Source: a virus. Taken from it: a stretch of 64,000 bases of DNA. Numbering within the stretch: position 1 is the stretch's first letter; each line of letters begins with the position of its first letter. The notes beneath the pieces are model-generated. The model ran no database searches. It saw nothing but the letters and a program-made list of their open reading frames with translations, and was not told the DNA's origin. The position numbers and the translations under genes were made by a program. Of the stretch, positions 26,554 through 36,600 are shown one piece after another. The DNA lies in the IMG/VR virus record IMGVR_UViG_3300020190_000007, positions 1 to 64,000 of that record. One strand, written 5' to 3'.

Positions 26554-27771
26554 TTATAATATTTCAAGATTGGTGGGGGTTGGTGTTGGAGTTGGTGTTG
26601 GAGTTGATGTTACGCTTGTTGTAATAGAAGGTGTTGGAGTTGGTGTTGGAGTTGATGTTACGCTTGTTGTAATAGAAGGTGTTGGAGTTGGTGTTGGAGT
26701 TGATGTTACGCTTGTTGTAATAGAAGGTGTTGGTGTTACGCTTGTTGTAATAGAAGGTGTTGGACTAGGGGTTATATAATCACAACATTCATCCAAATTA
26801 ACTCTAAAAACTTGTTCACAACATCCTTCACAATCAATCCTTACATACATTTCCAGTAATGTTGCGGTTATACCTGTAATTTCACAAATATCCCCTGTGG
26901 TCATTCCTGTACAAGATGTTACACCTGTTATATTGGTTGATGTAATTCCCGTATAAACCGTACAATTTGTATAATTTGAACCCGAATTAAATGAAATTTT
27001 TATACCTTTTGGGGTTACCGTATCATGAACACAAGGTGCACCCAATGATGAACTTGGGGTTATTGATGGTGTAACACTCGGTGTAACAGATAGAGTAATA
27101 GATGGTGTAACACTTGATGTAACAGATGGTGTTACCGAGCTGGTTACTGACGGTGTAACAGATGGTGTTACAGAACTGGTGGGTGTTACTGATGGTAACA
27201 AATCACAACAAACTAAAGTTATAGCGACACTACTCATGGATGGTATTTGTTGGTTTCCTGAGGCGTCTAAAATATAAACTGAGGGTGCACCTGCTGCGTG
27301 CCTATTACAATCATAATTCGGATAAAAACCAGCGACTGTTACTAAAACATTTTGTTGTGCTCCTGTCGTACAATCATAGTAAACCACGTGTACACCATTA
27401 TCCAAACTTGCGGATATATCTGCATCACCAACGGTCAAATCGAATAAATGACAAAGACACTGAGATGATGTTGTCGGTGTAGGTGTTGGTGTTGGTGTGG
27501 GTGTTGGAAGGGGTGTGCAATATTCTACACCAGTTATGATACCATCAGCCATTTCAACCCTAAATACTACGTTTGGGTCGGTAGTGTAATCAATGTAGTA
27601 TCCAATAGTTGCGATACTTGTACAACCCGAGTCAGTAAAAATAGTATCACCAACACCTAATCCGACTGACCCCAAATCATCGTAATAATAATTACTCGTT
27701 GTTGCTCCAGTGCCACACGCGGCGTTTTTATCTACACCATATTTTAATGATATTGGACCCGTACACGCCAT
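26554..27771 (-). CDS. Cys-rich modular fibre/decoration protein with PT/TPSV linkers
   Basis: Three Cys-rich domains separated by Pro/Thr/Ser repeats. Confidence 0.7.
   Translation of the reverse strand: MACTGPISLKYGVDKNAACGTGATTSNYYYDDLGSVGLGVGDTIFTDSGCTSIATIGYYIDYTTDPNVVFRVEMADGIITGVEYCTPLPTPTPTPTPTPTTSSQCLCHLFDLTVGDADISASLDNGVHVVYYDCTTGAQQNVLVTVAGFYPNYDCNRHAAGAPSVYILDASGNQQIPSMSSVAITLVCCDLLPSVTPTSSVTPSVTPSVTSSVTPSVTSSVTPSITLSVTPSVTPSITPSSSLGAPCVHDTVTPKGIKISFNSGSNYTNCTVYTGITSTNITGVTSCTGMTTGDICEITGITATLLEMYVRIDCEGCCEQVFRVNLDECCDYITPSPTPSITTSVTPTPSITTSVTSTPTPTPTPSITTSVTSTPTPTPTPSITTSVTSTPTPTPTPTPTNLEIL
26582..26762. repeat. 48-bp exact tandem repeat x3 plus a 30-bp partial unit (TPSITTSVTSTPTPTP)
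   Basis: GATGTTACG recurs at 26606, 26654 and 26702. Confidence 0.9.
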
Positions 27772-27774
27772 TTA

Positions 27775-28125
27775 TTAACTTAATTGAATAACATTTATAT
27801 TAAAATCACAAGCAATGTAACAATCACTACATCTTAAATCGACCAAAGCCAATTGATATCCCCCTTGTAGTTTTGTTGCGGGTTGTGGTGTTGGGGTTAT
27901 GTGTCCATCACAGTGTTCAACAAATACAAAAATTTGAGGAATGTTATCTAATAAACTTATATTAAACGTATATCCGGTTGATATTGAAATTAATGTAATA
28001 TTACCATTTAAATAACCAGCATCATCAATGTTGTGAGTCAATCCTGTATAGATATAGTATCCACTACAAGGTGTTTTTCCCGAAAAATTTGAAATTGTAA
28101 TTTGATACTGTTTTATTGATGGCAT
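27775..28125 (-). CDS. Small Cys-containing virion protein
   Basis: 116 aa; late motif upstream. Confidence 0.65.
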   Translation of the reverse strand: MPSIKQYQITISNFSGKTPCSGYYIYTGLTHNIDDAGYLNGNITLISISTGYTFNISLLDNIPQIFVFVEHCDGHITPTPQPATKLQGGYQLALVDLRCSDCYIACDFNINVIQLS

Positions 28126-28130
28126 ATTTC

Positions 28131-28137
28131 ATAAATA
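28131..28137 (-). promoter_or_regulatory. TATTTAT putative late motif
   Basis: 5 nt upstream of ATG 28125. Confidence 0.55.
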
Positions 28138-28166
28138 TAAAAAATCATATTTTATAATCAAGTATT

Positions 28167-28859
28167 TTAAGCACATGATGCACCATCATACTCATATGGT
28201 GCTGAGTAGGCGCTTTCTCCACATGAACCCTGTATTTTAACCCTTATAAAATAATTTAATAAATATCCTGGTTCTTCAAGGTTTCTAGTCACTGTATTTC
28301 CAGAACCACAACCAGCGGTATTCGTGAGACCCCAAATTGCACCATCTTGTGAGAATTGTATGGTACTCAGATTACAACCACTACATCCTATTATACTAAA
28401 TGTAACGTCTATTGTACCACCAGTTGATGGACACACACTTTGAATTACAGGTGTGGTACACGCACAAGAAGGAGTTGGGGTAATTGTTGGGGTAATTGTT
28501 GGGGTTGGGGTAATTGTTGGAGTAATTGTGGGGGTTGGGGTTATTGTGGGGGTTGGGGATGGACTAACACATACGGTTTGGACATCGAAACACATTGTAT
28601 CATAACATGGGAATGCTTTACTATCGTGAGTGTAAATATTTTTAATGATATACCTACCTGTAGTTTGGTCCGTCATTTTTATCCAAAACTGTGTATCGAA
28701 TGAAAGCCCACTGATTGTAACTGTGGTTGCTGTTAATCCTGTATTATATAAAGTAAAAGTCGAATCATTAGTTTCGGGATATGGGGAATCCCCTGACTTA
28801 TATCTTATCGAATAATTACCGTCGGATACAATATTATATATTCTTACATTTAATCCCAT
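28167..28859 (-). CDS. Two-domain (Fn3-like) virion protein with PT linker
   Basis: TVTISGLSFDTQF and YFIRVK...ESAYSAP Fn3-like signatures. Confidence 0.6.
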   Translation of the reverse strand: MGLNVRIYNIVSDGNYSIRYKSGDSPYPETNDSTFTLYNTGLTATTVTISGLSFDTQFWIKMTDQTTGRYIIKNIYTHDSKAFPCYDTMCFDVQTVCVSPSPTPTITPTPTITPTITPTPTITPTITPTPSCACTTPVIQSVCPSTGGTIDVTFSIIGCSGCNLSTIQFSQDGAIWGLTNTAGCGSGNTVTRNLEEPGYLLNYFIRVKIQGSCGESAYSAPYEYDGASCA

Positions 28860-30634
28860 TATGTTGTTACGTCAGATGTTATATAGATTATTATAGAGTT
28901 TGTACTATCAGGTATAGTATAAGAATCATTTATAGAACCTGTGCCGCAACTTGACTCTGTATTTGTTTGAACAATTGTTCCATTTCTTTCTATAGAGTAT
29001 GTTATACTACTACAAGAATACCCTAACGCACTACACTCTGAAGTTATTCCCAACGCGTCCATGCTTAATGTAATTATGTCACCCACATATGTTGTTGTTG
29101 TACCACTATAAATACCGACAGATAATGGAGTATTCCAAGTATAGAAAGTTGTTCCGTTTTTCTGTACATTACCAAATGTTCTTGAACAAGAATTTAATTT
29201 CTGATGTTGGTGAACCATTGTTATGGTAATAATACTCGGAGTTGGGGTCGGGGTTAAAGATGGTGAAGGAGTTGGTGTTTTTGATGGTGTGATTGATGGT
29301 GTTACAGTAATTGAAGGTGTTACCGAAACTGTTGTATCAGGAGTTTTTGACGGTGTAGGTGTTTTTGATGGTGTGATAGATGGTGTTTTTGTTACCGTAG
29401 GTGTTATTGTTGGAGTAATTGTTGGGGTAATTGTTGGAGTTGGTGTTTTTGTTACCGTAGGAGTTGGTGTGATTGATGGTGTTGGGGATGGTGACGGTTG
29501 TGGTGTTGGGGTTGCGATTAAATAACTAACAGAATTAGTACAAGTTCCAACACTTTGTATTGTACCACCTGTAATTGGACTACATACTGTTGTAGTATAT
29601 CCTGAAAGTAGTTGTGCGTTTGTTACATTAGTGGCAATTAGTACTATTGTTCCTCCCGTTGTTGTTCCCGATATATCGTAAGGACCTGCTTGTGTTAAAA
29701 AATAAATTTCTTGTAACGAGAATGTATATTGAGCACAACCCGGAGTTAATGACGGGGTTGGAGTAACGGACATTGTTGGTGTGGGTGTTTTGGTGGGTGT
29801 TACTGATGGGGTAATTGTAACACTTGGTGTGATAGTTGGTGTAACTGATGATGTTGGTGTTACTGATGGGGTAATTGTAACACTTGGTGTGATAGTTGGT
29901 GTAACTGAATTAGTTGGGGTTACAGATGGTGTAACACTTGGGGTTGGTGTTGGGGTAACAGATGGACATGATACGACACAAACACTACCCATATTAACCG
30001 CAACACCAGTGTAAGGTAATACCCAATTTAAACACACTTCTGTTCCAATACCTCCAACACCTGTTTGGTAAACACCACAACAATCAGTATAATACCAAGT
30101 ACCAGACGTATCAATCACACCGTCATAACAAACAACTGTTGGGGTTGGTGTTGGGGTGGGTGTCATTGTTGGGGTGGGTGACGGAGGGTTTAAACAACTA
30201 GCACAATCTGTGAATAGTGAGCCTGATTCAATTAATTCTGTAACAGTATAATTGTAATTAGTACTACCGGTACCTTGTTCATAACCTCCTATATAGTTGT
30301 AACACGTACCATCATAAGAAATTGTGGCACCTGTACTTTCAAAGTATTGATTAACCTCAGAATTTTTTAATCCAAAGTAAAGAGGGGGGGTACCAGGAAA
30401 TTCACAATGTTCAAATTCCCACCCATTAAAATCATCATTACATTGTTGACAAGTTGTATAACCTGTAAAAATAACTAAACCCGGTGTTGTCGTGCCTGTT
30501 GTACTCGTTGCGGTCCAACATTTATAATCACCAAAAATTATACTTCCTGGTGTAATAACGGAGGTATCAACATCAAAGTGTTTTGTTGTTCCTGTGTTAC
30601 CACATAATTCAAAAAGTATTCTTTGTATCGGCAT
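28859..30634 (-). CDS. Cys-rich modular fibre protein with three PT/TPS stalks
   Basis: CxxC modules, YTDCCG module and TP repeats. Confidence 0.7.
   Translation of the reverse strand: MPIQRILFELCGNTGTTKHFDVDTSVITPGSIIFGDYKCWTATSTTGTTTPGLVIFTGYTTCQQCNDDFNGWEFEHCEFPGTPPLYFGLKNSEVNQYFESTGATISYDGTCYNYIGGYEQGTGSTNYNYTVTELIESGSLFTDCASCLNPPSPTPTMTPTPTPTPTVVCYDGVIDTSGTWYYTDCCGVYQTGVGGIGTEVCLNWVLPYTGVAVNMGSVCVVSCPSVTPTPTPSVTPSVTPTNSVTPTITPSVTITPSVTPTSSVTPTITPSVTITPSVTPTKTPTPTMSVTPTPSLTPGCAQYTFSLQEIYFLTQAGPYDISGTTTGGTIVLIATNVTNAQLLSGYTTTVCSPITGGTIQSVGTCTNSVSYLIATPTPQPSPSPTPSITPTPTVTKTPTPTITPTITPTITPTVTKTPSITPSKTPTPSKTPDTTVSVTPSITVTPSITPSKTPTPSPSLTPTPTPSIITITMVHQHQKLNSCSRTFGNVQKNGTTFYTWNTPLSVGIYSGTTTTYVGDIITLSMDALGITSECSALGYSCSSITYSIERNGTIVQTNTESSCGTGSINDSYTIPDSTNSIIIYITSDVTT
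29796..29908. repeat. 60-bp period duplication within a TPS stalk
   Basis: GGTGTTACTGATGGGGTAATTGTAACACTTGG repeated at a 60-nt offset. Confidence 0.85.
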
Positions 30635-30651
30635 TTATTAATATTCTTTCT

Positions 30652-30658
30652 ATAAATA
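30652..30658 (-). promoter_or_regulatory. TATTTAT putative late motif
   Basis: 17 nt upstream of ATG 30634. Confidence 0.5.
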
Positions 30659-30675
30659 CTTAAATCATTATTTTA

Positions 30676-33600
30676 TTATGCACACGACGTACTACATGCC
30701 GTACAATTTGCACATGTTTGTGCACGTTGTGTGAGTGATGAGAATTGAGCGAAACCACCAGGAACAAACAAAGTATTACCTACAACATTTAACATACATC
30801 GAGTATCAGTTGTTGCGTTTGTAAATGTTTCAGTAATGAAAGTTCCATCACAACATTGATAATATAGAATAACTGAACCAGATTGTAAAATATCATCATC
30901 ACTTATTTGAATATCAAAACAATAACATTCACCACAGGCACCCAATTGGACTACCACCCCAAAATGCGGCCCTCCTACGGTTGGGGTATTACAAGAACAA
31001 ATTTCAAGTTGACCACCGTTAACATCCCAATATGTTGGGTCATTTAATTGTTCTGTTTGACTATTACAACAGTTAGTATATTCAACAAAATTTTCCGCGT
31101 ATAATTCATTTATAAAATATTTTTCACACGAGCATGGTGGTGATGGTGTTGGGGTTGGGGTTGGTGTTCGGGTCGGTGTAGGAGTTACTGACCTAGTAGG
31201 AGTTACAGATGGTGTAACAGAAGGTGTTCTACTTGGCGTAACACTCGGTGTTCTACTTGGTGTAACAGAACTTGTAGGAGTTACAGATGGGTCTACTTTT
31301 AGAGATGCAGATGGTGTAACACTCGGTGTTCTACTTGGTGTAACACTCGGTGTTCTACTTGGTGTAACTGAACTAGTGGGTGTAACACTCGGTGTTCTAC
31401 TTGGTGTAACACTTGGTGTAACTGAACTAGTGGGTGTAACACTCGGTGTTCTACTTGGTGTGACACTTGGGGTTTTTGTTGGTGTAGGTGTAACTGAAGG
31501 ACATACTATATGAGTTTCCGATTGACACAACGCGCAACTATCATATTTTAAAGTTAAAATTGGTCCTGCGTCAGGTCCGTAATCAACAAAAGTTGCACAA
31601 ACTTGTGCTGTTGGTATGTACCATACTGAACCGAAGGGTGCTCCAAGTGGTAACCTCGCATTATAAATTGTGGTATCACCAGGACAACAAGAAGAAAAAT
31701 ACGCACCAAAATATTGTGGACTTGGTGATGGTGTTACACTTGATGTTGGTGTTAATGATGGTGTAACACTTGGTGTAACCGATGGTGTAACACTTGATGT
31801 TGGTGTAACACTTGGTGTTCTACTTGGGGTGACACTCGGTGTAACAGAACTTGTAGGAGTTACGGATGGTGTTCTACTTGGCGTAACACTCGGTGTAACA
31901 GAACTTGTAGGGGTTACGGATGGTGTTCTACTTGGGGTGACACTCGGTGTAACAGAACTTGTAGGAGTTACGGATGGTGTTCTACTTGGCGTAACACTCG
32001 GTGTAACAGAACTTGTAGGGGTTACGGATGGTGTTCTACTTGGCGTAACACTCGGTGTAACAGAACTTGTAGGGGTTACTGAAGGAGTAACACTCGGAGT
32101 TACTGATGGTGTAACAGAACTTGTAGGTGTAACAGATGGTGTTCTACTTGGCGTAACACTCGGTGTAACAGAAGGTGTAACAGAACTTGTAGGTGTAACA
32201 GATGGTGTAACACTTGGTGTTCTACTTGGCGTAACACTCGGTGTAACAGAACTTGTAGGAGTTACAGATGGTGTTCTACTTGGCGTAACACTCGGTGTAA
32301 CAGAACTTGTAGGGGTTACGGATGGTGTAACAGATGGTGTAACTGATGGAGTAACTGAACTAGTTGGGGTGACGGATGGTGTTCTACTTGGTGTCACCGA
32401 TGGAGTAACGCTTGATGTGGGTGTTAATGATGGAGTAACAGATGGTGTTCTTGACGGTGTGATGGAAGGTGTAACAGAACTAGTTGGTGTGATAGATGGT
32501 GTAACACTTGGTGTAACCGAAGGTGTAACACTTGGTGTAACAGAACTTGTAGGTGTAACTGAAGGTGTTACGGATGGGGTAACACTTGGTGTAACAGAAC
32601 TAGTTGGTGTGATAGATGGTGTAACACTTGGTGTTCTTGACGGTGTAACAGAACTTGTAGGTGTTACTGAAGGTGTTACTGAAGGTGTAACACTTGGTGT
32701 GACAGAACTAGTAGGAGTTACTGATGGTGTAACTGAAGGGGTAACACTTGGTGTTCTACTTGGTGTAACAGAACTTGTAGGTGTAACTGAAGGTGTTACA
32801 GATGGTGTAACACTTGGAGTTACTGAACTAGTAGGTGTAACACTTGGTGTTCTACTTGGTGTAACAGATGGTGTAACAGAACTTGTAGGTGTTACTGAAG
32901 GTGTTACTGAAGGTGTAACACTTGGTGTGACAGACGGAGTTACCGATGGTGTAACTGAAGGTGTTATGCTCGGAGTTACGGAAGGTGTTACAGAACTTGT
33001 AGGTGTTACAGATGGTGTTCTACTTGGGGTAACGGATGGTGTAACAGATGGTGTAACAGATGGTGTGACACTTGGTGTTACCGATGGTGTTACCGATGGT
33101 GTAACACTAGATGTTGGTGTAACACTTGGTGTTCTTGATGGTGTGATTGACGGTGTTACCGAACTAGTAGCAGTAACTGAAGGTGTAACACTTGGAGTCA
33201 CGGATGGGGTTACTGAACTAGTTGGTGTAACGGAAGGTGTTCTTGACGGTGTGATAGATGGGGTTACACTCGATGTTGGTGTGATAGATGGAGTAACAGA
33301 TGGAGTAACAGATGGAGTTACTGAACTACTTGGTGTTACTGATGGTGTAACACTTGGTGTAACCGATGGAGTTACTGAACTAGTGGGGGTTACTGAAGGA
33401 GTTCTTGAAGGTGTAATAGAAGGTGTAACGCTTGATGTTGGTGTAACTGATGGGGTAACTGATGGGGTAACACTCGGAGTAATAGAACTAGTTGGTGTAA
33501 CGGATGGGGTAACTGATGGAGTTACTGATGGAGTTACTGAACTACTCGGTGTTACCGACGGAGTAACTGAAGGAGTAACACTTGGTGTTCTTGATGGTGT

Positions 33601-36600
33601 TACCGACGGAGTGATTGATGGGGTTACCGACGGAGTGATTGATGGGGTTACAGAAGATGTTGGTGTAACTGATGGTGTGACACTTGGCGTAACTGATGGT
33701 GTGACAGAACTTGTAGGAGTTACTGAAGGAGTTCTTGAAGGTGTAATAGAGGGTGTAACGCTTGATGTTATTGATGGTGTTACTGATGATGTGACACTCG
33801 GAGTAACCGAAGGTGTAACTGAACTGGTTGGTGTCACCGATGGTGTAATAGATGGGGTAACTGATGGAGTTACAGAAGGTGTAACTGATGGTGTAACACT
33901 CGGAGTTTTACTTGGTGTGATAGATGGTGTAACACTAGATGTTGGTGTAACTGATGGTGTAACAGATGGTGTAACACTTGGAGTTACAGAAGATGTTGGT
34001 GTCACCGATGGTGTAACACTTGGTGTAACTGAACTTGTTGGGGTAACAGATGGTGTCACTGATGGAGTGACTGACGGGGTTACCGAAGCGGTTACTGATG
34101 GTGTAACAGAAGGTGTTCTACTTGGTGTAATAGATGGTGTGACAGAACTAGTGGGTGTGATTGATGGTGTTATAGAGGGTGTTACCGAACTTGTTGGAGT
34201 TACAGATGGTGTTACGGATGGTGTTATTGATGGTGTTACAGAAGATGTCGGTGTAATTGATGGTGTGACACTCGGAGTTACAGATGGTGTTATAGATGGA
34301 GTAACGCTTGGTGTAACTGAAGGTGTAACAGATGGAGTTACAGAACTAGTAGGTGTAATTGATGGTGTAACCGAAGGTGTAACCGAAGGTGTTACGGAAC
34401 TTGTAGGTGTGACACTCGGAGTTACAGATGGTGTAACTGATGGTGTGACGCTCGGTGTAACAGATGGTGTTCTACTTGGTGTTATAGATGGGGTAACTGA
34501 AGATGTCGGCGTAACTGATGGTGTGACACTTGGAGTCACGGATGGAGTAACGGAACTTGTTGGAGTAACGGATGGTGTAACTGATGGTGTAACAGAACTA
34601 GTAGGGGTGATAGATGGTGTTACTGATGGAGTTACAGATGGGGTAACAGAACTGGTAGGTGTTACCGATGGTGTAACACTTGGCGTAACTGATGGTGTTT
34701 TACTTGGTGTAACAGATGGAGTTACAGATGGTGTGATACTCGGAGTGATTGACGGTGTTACCGAACTTGTTGGAGTAACAGATGGTGTTCTACTTGGTGT
34801 TACAGATGGTGTAACAGATGGTGTTACAGATGGGGTAACGGATGGGGTAACTGAAGGCGTTACGCTCGGGGTTACTGAACTTGTAGCGGTAACCGATGGT
34901 GTTATACTTGGAGTTACGGATGGGGTTACAGAACTTGTAGGTGTCACCGACGGAGTAACTGACGGTGTCACGCTTGGTGTAACTGATGGTGTAACACTTG
35001 GAGTCACTGATGGTGTTACAGATGGTGTAACACTTGGAGTTACTGAACTAGTAGGTGTAACCGATGGTGTTATACTTGGAGTTACGGATGGAGTTACAGA
35101 ACTTGTTGGAGTTACAGACGGAGTAACTGACGGTGTTACAGATGGTGTGATAGATGGTGTAACACTTGCGGTAACAGAAGGTGTTCTACTTGGTGTTATA
35201 GATGGTGTAACAGAACTAGTAGGTGTAACCGACGGAGTTACAGATGGTGTAACAGATGGTGTTACTGAACTAGTAGGTGTTATTGATGGTGTTATAGACG
35301 GTGTTACCGATGGAGTTACACTTGAAGTTGGAGTTACTGATGGCGTTACTGATGGTGTTACAGATGGTGTGACTGATGATGTTGGAGTGACTGAGGGTGT
35401 AACAGATGGTGTAACACTAGATGTAACTGATGGTGTGACACTCGGAGTAACTGAAGGGGTAACAGATGGAGTAATAGATGGAGTTACAGACGATGTTGGA
35501 GTAACACTCGGAGTTACAGACGGTGTTACCGATGGAGTAACTGAACTAGTGGGCGTTACCGATGGTGTGACACTAGGTGTAATCGATGAAGTAACTGATG
35601 GGGTTACAGAAGGGGTTACAGAAGGGGTTACAGAAGGGGTTACAGAAGGGGTTACGCTCGGTGTAACTGAAGATGTTGGCGTAACCGATGGTGTGGTACT
35701 TGGGGTAACTGATGGTGTAACTGACGATGTAACACTAGGTGTAACTGATGGTGTGACACTCGGAGTAACTGAAGGGGTAACACTTGGGGTTACTGAACTT
35801 GTTGGAGTCACCGATGGTGTTATACTTGGAGTTACGGATGGGGTTACGGATGATGTCGGTGTTACTGATGGGGTGATAGAAGGTGTGACAGATGGGGTTA
35901 CGGAACTAGTTGGTGTGACACTCGGAGTTACACTTGGGGTCACCGAGCTGGTTACTGACGGTGTTACAGAAGAAGTTACAGATGGTGTAACTGATGGTGT
36001 TATTGATGGTGTTACAGAACTAGTAGGTGTAACTGATGGGGTGATAGATGGGGTAACACTTGGCGTAACAGAACTAGTTGGTGTAATTGAAGGAGTTACT
36101 GAAGGAGTTACTGAAGGAGTTACTGATGGAGTTACTGAACTAGTAGGAGTGACAGAGGGTGTTACTGATGGAGTTACAGATGGGGTAACACTTGGTGTAA
36201 CAGAACTGGTGGGAGTGACAGAGGGCGTTACAGAGGGTGTTACTGATGGAGTTACTGATGGGGTAACACTTGGTGTAACAGAACTAGTAGGTGTAACGGA
36301 AGGTGTAACAGATGGTGTTACACTTGGTGTAACCGATGGTGTAACCGATGAAGTGGGAGTTACTGATGGTGTAACACTTGGTGTAACAGAACTAGTAGGT
36401 GTAACGGAAGGTGTAACACTAGCAGTTACTGAAGGTGTAACAGAACTAGTTGGGGTCACTGACGGAGTAACACTTGGAGTCACCGAAGGTGTAACAGAAC
36501 TAGTAGGAGTTACAGAGGGTGTTACTGATGGAGTTACGGATGGAGTTACAGATGAAGTAGGAGTTATTGATGGTGTAATAGATGGGGTAACACTTGGTGT

